Below, piece by piece: positions 8,068 through 13,510 of a DNA stretch of 64,000 nt. The position numbers and the translations under genes are program-made. Each line of letters starts with the position of its first letter. Within the stretch, counting starts at the first letter, position 1. The stretch lies in NCBI GenBank assembly GCA_029288485.1, contig JARIHC010000007.1, positions 14,364-78,363 on the forward strand, in the 5' to 3' direction. The notes under the pieces were generated by a model, which made no database searches, was not told where the DNA came from, and worked only from the letters and a program-made list of their open reading frames with translations. This DNA is from Candidatus Saccharimonadota bacterium. Lineage in GTDB: Bacteria > Patescibacteriota > Saccharimonadia > Saccharimonadales > UBA4665.

Positions 8068-9267
8068 GTGATCCCGAAAATGACGAACCCCAAGATCCTG
8101 ATCGCCTTCCTGGTGGTCGCGGTCTTCGCGGTTTTCGCGTCTTCGGCGTCTGCGGAATGCGGGCCCGGATTCACGAACAAGAAGCAGTTGATTCACTACT
8201 ACCAGAACAATCCTGACGCTGCACATGGGTTCCGGGAAGAACTCCTGGCCCATCCGGCTACCGGTTACCAGGCCGACGAGACTGTCGTCAACTGGCTCCG
8301 GAGTCCGGAACAGCGGGTGTTCAATGCGCCGTCTGGCTATCACCTGACGTCGAACACCTATTGCCCAGGAGGCCCCGGCCATTACGCGCCATACAACGGT
8401 CTCTTGGACAACATGGGCGGCAGGCCGATGCTGTGGCACTGCGACAAGGACGGGAAGTGTATCCCGATCCTGAAGGGTTACTGCATGAATTTCGTGTGCG
8501 GTCCCCCGGTCCATAAACACCCCAAGAAGTGCAAGTGCCGGAAGCCCAAGAAGCCGAAGTGCAAGTGCCACCACAAGAAGCATCCCAAGCCAAAGTGCTC
8601 TACCAAGAGTCCCGGTGGCGGTGGCGGTAACTGCAATACGCAGGTGGTGACGGTTACGCCGAAACAGGAATGTGAAGCGAACAACCACAGCGGCACCAAT
8701 TGTCAGCAGGTCACGGTCACGGTTGTGGCTAATTGCAGCAATGTCTCGATGGAAAATTCGGGCAACGTCAATCAAGGCGGTAACTGCAATAACGGAGGCA
8801 CGGAAACCTGCGTGGGGCAGAGCAACTGCAACACGGAAACTCCTCCGCCTCCCTGTGGCTGCAAACCGGAAGAACCGGAAGTACCCAAAAAACCGGAACA
8901 GCCGGTGGTCGAGTGGAAGCGCATTCAGGAGGTTCACCTCAAAGAGTCAACCGAATTGTGCGTGACCGTTACTCCGACTAGCGTCGTTGGCGAAGTTCAG
9001 TTCGCAGTGGTGGACGGAAAACGCAGCAATGGCGGTAAAGGCGTCTACAACGCCGGCACCAACAAGTATTGCGTGATCTACACCGCTCCGACCGAGGAAC
9101 CCGCACACGTGTGCCAGGAAGAATGGATTTCCGCCAAACTTCCTCCGGGAACGAAGTGCGATGTTGCACACGTGGCAGTTTTCTGCAACAACGGGGCTGA
9201 AACGGTCAAAGGCTCGATGGAAATTCCCGTCACTGATGCCGAAGGCAAAGGTGAAATCGTCTGGTAA
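8068..9267 (+). CDS. secreted Cys/His/Lys-rich protein, cassette cargo family member 1
   Basis: GAGGAGGTG Shine-Dalgarno, 6 nt, then GTG at 8068. Signal peptide '...ILIAFLVVAVFAVFASSASA'. Basic tract 'HKHPKKCKCRKPKKPKCKCHHKKHPKPKC'. N-C-N/Q repeats. The C-terminal domain is alignable to the other two cargo proteins. Confidence 0.75.
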   Translation: MIPKMTNPKILIAFLVVAVFAVFASSASAECGPGFTNKKQLIHYYQNNPDAAHGFREELLAHPATGYQADETVVNWLRSPEQRVFNAPSGYHLTSNTYCPGGPGHYAPYNGLLDNMGGRPMLWHCDKDGKCIPILKGYCMNFVCGPPVHKHPKKCKCRKPKKPKCKCHHKKHPKPKCSTKSPGGGGGNCNTQVVTVTPKQECEANNHSGTNCQQVTVTVVANCSNVSMENSGNVNQGGNCNNGGTETCVGQSNCNTETPPPPCGCKPEEPEVPKKPEQPVVEWKRIQEVHLKESTELCVTVTPTSVVGEVQFAVVDGKRSNGGKGVYNAGTNKYCVIYTAPTEEPAHVCQEEWISAKLPPGTKCDVAHVAVFCNNGAETVKGSMEIPVTDAEGKGEIVW

Positions 9268-9337
9268 CAGACAGTTAGGAGAAATAGACGAAATCATTCA
9301 GCTATAAGCTGATAAGAACATAAGTAAGTCGGTGAGA

Positions 9338-9435
9338 AGCGCTGTCGCGCGAAGTTGCGCGACAGCGCTACCACTGGCTGCTCGAGTAGAGAACATTTTT
9401 TGTCCCCGTGACATTAAATAGTTATCCTCGAGCAG
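9338..9435 (+). terminator. paired stem-loop module downstream of cargo 1 (hairpin A 9338-9369, hairpin B arms 9378-9386 and 9427-9435)
   Basis: Hairpin A: AGCGCTGTCGCGC-gaagtt-GCGCGACAGCGCT, a 13-bp perfect stem. Hairpin B: CTGCTCGAG...CTCGAGCAG, followed by TCTTTTA. Homologous modules follow cargo 2 and cargo 3. Confidence 0.45.
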
Positions 9436-9466
9436 TCTTTTACCCCTTATATTGAAGCTATTGAAG

Positions 9467-9482
9467 CCCAATGACTATCTAG
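9467..9482. repeat. terminal inverted repeat, right, unit 1 (decayed)
   Basis: CCCAATGACTATCTAG. Preceded by a 9-bp tandem duplication, TATTGAAGC x2, at 9450-9467. Confidence 0.65.
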
Positions 9483-9537
9483 TTTGCCTCACACCAACCA
9501 TTAATTTTAAGTCAATATTTTTGTAAAGGAGAATACT

Positions 9538-10212
9538 ATGAAGGTAAAAACTATAGTTCTTTCTGCTGCTACTGCCGCTATTATTCCGGCATTTAGCATT
9601 GCTGCTCCCGTAGCTGCTGACAGCCCGGGCGCTATTGGCGGTGGTGATATCTACCGCGTTAAAAACATAACCCAAAACACTGCTTTTGCCGACTCTACTA
9701 ACGCCAACGCCTGTGACGAGCTGCAGTATAAAGTGCTTTTGCACAACACTGGCTTCGGTGCTGCTAATGACATTACTATTAGCGCCACTACGTCTAGCGT
9801 TTCTACTGCTACTGTCAACTATGACGGCGATGGCCCCCAGAGCGTGTCTGACACGGCTACAGTTAACCTGAGCTCTGCTCAGAATATCGCTTACGAAAGT
9901 GGTTCTACGCAGCTTCTAGACAGCAAGAGCAACGTTGTTAAGTCACTTCCTGATGGTGTGACTGGTGCCGGCGTAAATGCTGGCGACCTTGACGGTTCTA
10001 CCGCTGAGTTCGTTGCTTTCAAAGCCAAAGTTAACTGCCCGACTAAGCCTCCGGTAACGCCTCCGAGCACGCCGCAGACTCCGGGTGTAGCTGGTCCTAC
10101 TACTCTGGTTAACACCGGTCCTGGTAGTGCTATAGCGGCTTTCGTAGCTGCTACGATTGCTGGTGCTTTCGGTTACCGCAAGTACCTAAGCCGCAAACTG
10201 AGCCGTCAGTAA
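9538..10212 (+). CDS. cell-surface protein with signal peptide and LPXTG-like (LVNTG) sorting signal
   Basis: N-terminal 'AATAAIIPAFSIAAPVAA'. C-terminal 'LVNTG', a hydrophobic stretch 'SAIAAFVAATIAGAFG', then a basic tail 'YRKYLSRKLSRQ'. A Pro-rich linker precedes the motif. Confidence 0.7.
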   Translation: MKVKTIVLSAATAAIIPAFSIAAPVAADSPGAIGGGDIYRVKNITQNTAFADSTNANACDELQYKVLLHNTGFGAANDITISATTSSVSTATVNYDGDGPQSVSDTATVNLSSAQNIAYESGSTQLLDSKSNVVKSLPDGVTGAGVNAGDLDGSTAEFVAFKAKVNCPTKPPVTPPSTPQTPGVAGPTTLVNTGPGSAIAAFVAATIAGAFGYRKYLSRKLSRQ

Positions 10213-10342
10213 GTGTGACAAACGTGCCCCTATCCCTTGTGGATAAGCACTAGCGCGAAATCGGTTTTTGTGCTAAGCTTGAGTTACGTTCAAGAGCACA
10301 AGACTGACCGCTCGGAAAACAAACACCTCACAGATCTTTTAG

Positions 10343-10379
10343 AAAATCCCCCTCTGGTGGAGAGGGGGATTTTTATTTT
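10343..10379 (+). terminator. rho-independent terminator
   Basis: TCCCCCTCT-ggtgg-AGAGGGGGA stem followed by TTTTTATTTT. Confidence 0.8.
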
Positions 10380-10436
10380 GGCCTCTGTTATGGTAAGATT
10401 TTACGGTTGTCAGGCGGCCACTTTTGCCCTTTTTGG

Positions 10437-10511
10437 GGCCCCATCGTCTAACGGCTAGGACACCAGGTTTTCATCCTGGCAATAGGGGTTCGATTCCCCT
10501 TGGGGTCACCA
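10437..10511 (+). tRNA. tRNA-Glu (anticodon UUC), CCA encoded
   Basis: Folded by hand. Acceptor GGCCCCA/TGGGGTC, D arm GTCT/GGAC, anticodon stem CCAGG/CCTGG with loop TTTTCAT, T arm GGGG-TTCGATT-CCCC, discriminator A, then CCA. Confidence 0.9.
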
Positions 10512-10521
10512 GTACCGCTTA

Positions 10522-10550
10522 TTGACAATTATTATAATTTATGATAAAAT
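10522..10550 (+). promoter_or_regulatory. candidate sigma70-type promoter of leader 2
   Basis: TTGACA (10522-10527), a 17-nt spacer, then TAAAAT (10545-10550). Confidence 0.45.
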
Positions 10551-10584
10551 GTTAGTATTCTTACACCTATCGGGAGGTGAAGAT

Positions 10585-10598
10585 GCATTTTTACAACC
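10585..10598 (+). repeat. conserved leader motif, diverged copy GCATTTTTACAACC
   Basis: Aligns with GCAACTTTACAATC of leaders 1 and 3. Preceded in all three by (A/G)TCG(G/A)GG(A/T)G. Confidence 0.55.
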
Positions 10599-10604
10599 CA
10601 CTAC

Positions 10605-10622
10605 GTTAATCTACAGATTAAC
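10605..10622 (+). repeat. perfect 8-bp hairpin GTTAATCT-ac-AGATTAAC abutting TIR-L of unit 2
   Basis: Read directly. A related GGTTAA...TTAACC hairpin (11885-11905) abuts TIR-L of unit 3. Both contain GTTAATCT. Confidence 0.6.
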
Positions 10623-10643
10623 AGATAGTCATGGGTCTTTAAG
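10623..10643. repeat. terminal inverted repeat, left, unit 2
   Basis: AGATAGTCATGGGTCTTTAAG. The next ~12 nt, (C/T)CCGGTT(T)GAGC, are also shared with unit 1. Confidence 0.8.
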
Positions 10644-10727
10644 TCCGGTTTGAGCTTTTTGTAAGTTCCCGGCCTAAAGTCCATTACCGACTATAAAAAC
10701 TACATACTTTTTGTGACTACAATTACC

Positions 10728-10782
10728 AGGTAAAGCAGCAAAGACGGGAAGCAAACTTCTTGCCTTTTGTGCTGCTTTACCT
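10728..10782 (+). promoter_or_regulatory. long 5'-UTR stem-loop of cargo 2
   Basis: AGGTAAAGCAGCA (10728-10740) pairs perfectly with TGCTGCTTTACCT (10770-10782), a 13-bp stem. An inner GAAG-caaa-CTTC hairpin lies inside. No T-tract follows. Confidence 0.5.
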
Positions 10783-10814
10783 AGACGTAAACCACAAAAA
10801 GAGAGGTGAACAGC

Positions 10815-11624
10815 GTGAGATTTGCAAAGATCTCAGCAATCATGATCGCCGCTTTGGCGATTGCCGCAGTTTGTGCGATCTCGGCGTCGGCTCGTCCCTA
10901 TGGAATTACCTGCGGACACAAGTCGTGCGGCACGCATGCGAAGCATCACAAGCGGCACCACAAAAGACACCACAACCGGTTCCATGGATGTCGGCATCAT
11001 CGCCCGTGCGTTACCCCAGAGCCGCCGATATGCCGCACCTTGGACAATGGCAGCTATTCCGCTGGCCGTTGCATGCCGGGCAAGATTCCGTCTTGCGCGG
11101 ATTGCGGTTTGCCACCTTGCTACATGGCCCAGCCGGTAGGGTGTGGAACGGCCTACTGCAACATTGGATATGCACCGAACACCCCATACCCGGGTTGTGA
11201 ACCTGTCTGCTACGACTGCGGAATCAACCCATGTGCATTTACCCCTAACGGGTGCCAAGGGTCGACGGAAGAACCATTTGAAGTTAAAGATCTGGAAGTT
11301 TATCAGATCGAAGGCGAAAAGGTGACTCCTGCCATCTGGGGAAGCGCGGAAGTGCTTGTACCAATTGGAACGGAAATGACCATTACGTTTGTTGCCAAAT
11401 ATGGCACTTTCGAATCCAGGGTCTTCTCTGGTTCCAAGGCGGACCCCAGTAGGGTGTACGACAAATACGAACCGCCGTGTTCAAAAGACATGCCGGCTGA
11501 CGGGTTTGATGAAGCGTGGGTAGTGGTTTATGACCGCGCCAACAAAATCTCTGCCGAATCCGAACACGTCAAATTCAACATCGAAGAACCGGAAAACGTG
11601 CACGTCGTGCATCCGTTGGGCTGA
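10815..11624 (+). CDS. secreted Cys/His-rich protein, cassette cargo family member 2
   Basis: GAGGTG, 6 nt, then GTG at 10815. The first 27 nt are near-identical to cargo 3. Signal peptide 'VRFAKISAIMIAALAIAAVCAISASA'. 'HAKHHKRHHKRHHNRFHGCRHH' tract. Many Cys-Pro motifs. C-terminal 'EAWVVVYDRANKISAESEHVKFNIEEPE'. Confidence 0.8.
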   Translation: MRFAKISAIMIAALAIAAVCAISASARPYGITCGHKSCGTHAKHHKRHHKRHHNRFHGCRHHRPCVTPEPPICRTLDNGSYSAGRCMPGKIPSCADCGLPPCYMAQPVGCGTAYCNIGYAPNTPYPGCEPVCYDCGINPCAFTPNGCQGSTEEPFEVKDLEVYQIEGEKVTPAIWGSAEVLVPIGTEMTITFVAKYGTFESRVFSGSKADPSRVYDKYEPPCSKDMPADGFDEAWVVVYDRANKISAESEHVKFNIEEPENVHVVHPLG

Positions 11625-11643
11625 AGTTCATAGTCGGTAAGGG

Positions 11644-11731
11644 GCGCTGTTCGCGCAAACTTTGCGCGAACAGCGCTGCCCCCGGCTGCTCGAGAGAGAA
11701 TTTAGCGCGAAACGCGCCCCCTCTCGAGCAG
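11644..11731 (+). terminator. paired stem-loop module downstream of cargo 2 (hairpin A 11644-11676, hairpin B arms 11686-11696 and 11721-11731)
   Basis: Hairpin A: GCGCTGTTCGCGCAAA-c-TTTGCGCGAACAGCGC. Hairpin B: CTGCTCGAGAG...CTCTCGAGCAG (11-bp arms) with an inner GCGCG-aaa-CGCGC hairpin, followed by TCATTTA. Confidence 0.45.
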
Positions 11732-11741
11732 TCATTTACAC

Positions 11742-11760
11742 CTTAAAGACCAATGACTAT
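11742..11760. repeat. terminal inverted repeat, right, unit 2
   Basis: CTTAAAGACCAATGACTAT. Confidence 0.8.
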
Positions 11761-11761
11761 T

Positions 11762-11772
11762 TATTCATCAAG
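11762..11772 (+). repeat. 11-bp direct repeat TATTCATCAAG, copy 1
   Basis: Identical to 12792-12802. Lies immediately after TIR-R of unit 2. Confidence 0.75.
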
Positions 11773-11866
11773 CCAACGCCGTCAAGAGCTAAAAGACGTA
11801 AGCTGCTCCTAAAAGCTTTTCATGTTAGTATTTATACAACATCTCTCTTGAGATTGTCGAGGTGGC

Positions 11867-11880
11867 GCAACTTTACAATC
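11867..11880 (+). repeat. conserved leader motif GCAACTTTACAATC (copy 3)
   Basis: Identical to 7707-7720. Confidence 0.7.
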
Positions 11881-11987
11881 CAGAGGTTAATCTTATAGGT
11901 TAACCGGTAGTCATTGGTCTTTAAGGCCATTCAGCCGACTACATATTTCCTCTTTAAATTGGTCAATACCGAAACGAGGTGAGAAAC

Positions 11988-12632
11988 GTGAGATTCGCAA
12001 AGGTCTCAGCAATTCTGACTGTCGCCTTCTTGCTTATTGCGGTGCAGGCCTCTGCGCGCAAGCATGAAAAGCTGCACCACTCTAAATGTGAGCATCACAA
12101 GTGCCATCTATTGCCGAAGAAAAAACATCGTTGCAAACGAAGCAAGAACCACAAGAAGCAAAGGTGCCATCGGCGCAAAGGGCGATATGCACCTAAGCTG
12201 CCCGGCGCTGTGGTAGAAGAAGACTCGCGCGTAAAAACCAATCCGGCTCCAACGCCAGAAAAGCTCGAAATCAAAAATCTGCAAATTTTTTGGTCACAAT
12301 CGAAACCTTCGATGATCGAAAAAGCTTGCGCGGATGTATATGGCGCTGTCCCCGACGCGATAGCTGTCAGTTTTGAAGCTAAAGAAAGTGTTTTTGAAAA
12401 GTCCTATTACGCGGGAGATCCCAAGGAAAACTGGCCCGAGCTTTACTGCGCTGACTATGTTCAGCCTCCTATGTGCCCGGAAGATCCAGATCCATGGTGC
12501 GAAGCATTTATTAGTGATGAAGTTTGGGCGATCGTTTTTGACGAAAGCACGGGCTTGACTGCTGAATCGGAACGCGTAACGTTTGAAATTGAAGAATTCG
12601 AAGGTGAAGAAGAACTAGAAGGGGTCGAATAA
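11988..12632 (+). CDS. secreted His/Lys/Cys-rich protein, cassette cargo family member 3
   Basis: GAGGTG, 6 nt, then GTG at 11988. Signal peptide 'VRFAKVSAILTVAFLLIAVQASA'. Basic tract 'KHEKLHHSKCEHHKCHLLPKKKHRCKRSKNHKKQRCHRRKG'. C-terminal 'EVWAIVFDESTGLTAESERVTFEIEEFE' followed by an acidic tail. Confidence 0.8.
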   Translation: MRFAKVSAILTVAFLLIAVQASARKHEKLHHSKCEHHKCHLLPKKKHRCKRSKNHKKQRCHRRKGRYAPKLPGAVVEEDSRVKTNPAPTPEKLEIKNLQIFWSQSKPSMIEKACADVYGAVPDAIAVSFEAKESVFEKSYYAGDPKENWPELYCADYVQPPMCPEDPDPWCEAFISDEVWAIVFDESTGLTAESERVTFEIEEFEGEEELEGVE

Positions 12633-12661
12633 AGTTAGCAAATACGAGTAAGTCGGTTGAG

Positions 12662-12754
12662 GTGCGTCTGGCGCGAAACTGTGCTAGGCGCACTAATACC
12701 GGCGACCGCTCGGTTTAAGAGTGCTCATTATGAGTACTCCCTAGAGCAGTCGCC
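12662..12754 (+). terminator. paired stem-loop module downstream of cargo 3 (hairpin A 12662-12693, hairpin B 12701-12754)
   Basis: Hairpin A: GTGCGTCTGGCGC-gaaact-GTGCTAGGCGCAC, 13 bp, of which three are G:T pairs on the + strand only. Hairpin B: GGCGAC.GCTC...GAGCAGTCGCC, followed by GTTTTT. Confidence 0.45.
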
Positions 12755-12790
12755 GTTTTTCCCAACAGTTTGAAGATCGGTGACTGTTCT

Positions 12791-13432
12791 CTATTCATCA
12801 AGTTTAAGTGGCTTGGCGATTGATGGCGGCAAAAGCCGCACAAAGCAAACTGCCATTAAGCCGATAGCGAAGCCGCTAACTATGTCAGCCGGCGTATGAA
12901 CACCCAAGTACAGTCGCGACCACGCAACTAGCACAATCCACAAAACAGAAACCCAGCGCCAAGCCTGGGGCAGAATAAACCACAGCGTTAAAGCTAGAGC
13001 AGTAGCTGCCAACATGTGGCCAGAAGGAAAGCCGGGACCGGTCTCTACTGCACGAACATGCAGGTTGTGGTTATGCAAAATAGCAACAGGCCGAGCTTCG
13101 TTAATAATATATTTTACGGCGAAACCGGCAACTATTGCGCCACCTGCCGTAAAGAAAAAACGCCACGATAAACGGTATTTTTTGAATAGTAAAGGTATAA
13201 GCACGCAAGCAGCAATAGGATAGCCAGCCCCTAAGCCTTCTGTAATTAATAGGGCGGGTGTCTTTAAGTCGTTTGATTGGTTGTTAATGGCATGAAACAA
13301 ATTGGCCTGCAAACCTCCAAGCGGATTTTTAGTGGCAACTAACATGCTGGCAATAAGTAATAATAAACCTATTACAAAGGTCACTATCAGGGCGATTTTA
13401 TTTTTGTTAGCAGGTTCTTGTTTGTCTGACAT
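12791..13432 (-). CDS. PAP2-family phosphatase (undecaprenyl-diphosphatase-like)
   Basis: PAP2 motifs 'NEARP', 'PSGH' and 'SRLYLGVHTPAD'. Multi-TM. Confidence 0.8.
   Translation of the reverse strand: MSDKQEPANKNKIALIVTFVIGLLLLIASMLVATKNPLGGLQANLFHAINNQSNDLKTPALLITEGLGAGYPIAACVLIPLLFKKYRLSWRFFFTAGGAIVAGFAVKYIINEARPVAILHNHNLHVRAVETGPGFPSGHMLAATALALTLWFILPQAWRWVSVLWIVLVAWSRLYLGVHTPADIVSGFAIGLMAVCFVRLLPPSIAKPLKLDE
12792..12802 (+). repeat. 11-bp direct repeat TATTCATCAAG, copy 2 (overlaps the last codons of the PAP2 gene)
   Basis: Identical to 11762-11772. The reverse complement encodes ...L-D-E-stop of the minus-strand PAP2 ORF. Confidence 0.75.
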
Positions 13433-13510
13433 CGTCGTTATTTTATCATAGCAAACTTGTGCATAGCTGAACCTGCGCGCTATAGTATTAAGGTAATAGC
13501 TAGAGGTGGG

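Larger units (their letters stand above)
7808..9482 (+). mobile_element. cassette unit 1: TIR-bounded single-gene cargo cassette, no recombinase gene
   Basis: CTAGATAGTCATGGGTCTTTAAG at 7808-7830 faces CCCAATGACTATCTAG at 9467-9482, whose reverse complement is CTAGATAGTCATTGGG. Internal layout matches units 2 and 3. Confidence 0.5.
10623..11760 (+). mobile_element. cassette unit 2: TIR-bounded single-gene cargo cassette
   Basis: ATAGTCATGGGTCTTTAAG (10625-10643) faces CTTAAAGACCAATGACTAT (11742-11760), with 18 of 19 positions complementary. The inner inverted repeat is a perfect 10 bp: TACCGACTAT (10685-10694) and ATAGTCGGTA (11630-11639). Confidence 0.55.
11908..12785 (+). mobile_element. 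cassette unit 3: same architecture, right TIR degenerate
   Basis: TAGTCATTGGTCTTTAAG (11908-11925) faces TTGAAGATCGGTGACT (12770-12785), about 12 of 16 positions complementary. Inner repeat CCGACT (11935-11940) and AGTCGG (12651-12656). Confidence 0.45.

Noticed and set aside
8062-8937. A 291-aa minus-strand ORF, with further 63-116-aa ORFs, overlapping cargo 1.
   Set aside because: It is a shadow ORF of a GC-rich sense gene. There is no RBS or start context, and the product is Arg/Ala/Leu-rich low-complexity. The sense frame has an SD, a signal peptide and paralogues.
10238-10246. A perfect DnaA-box 9-mer, TGTGGATAA.
   Set aside because: It is a single isolated box with no cluster, no AT-rich unwinding element and no dnaA or dnaN nearby. 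Chance occurrence is likely.
10760-11258. Overlapping ORFs 10760-11200 (+), 10861-11139 (+) and 10833-11258 (-) inside cargo 2.
   Set aside because: These are alternative frames of the same GC-rich segment. Only the 10815 frame has the conserved GAGGTG-N6-GTG start, a signal peptide and homology to cargo 3.
11662-11898. A 78-aa ORF spanning the unit 2 / unit 3 junction.
   Set aside because: It runs through hairpins A and B, the right inverted repeat, the direct repeat and leader 3, all of which are conserved as nucleotide elements. There is no RBS.
7808-12785. Interpreting the array as integron cassettes with attC sites.
   Set aside because: No intI gene is in the window. I could not find RYYYAAC / GTTRRRY core sites at the unit boundaries. 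The repeats flank each gene on both sides rather than forming one attC per cassette.
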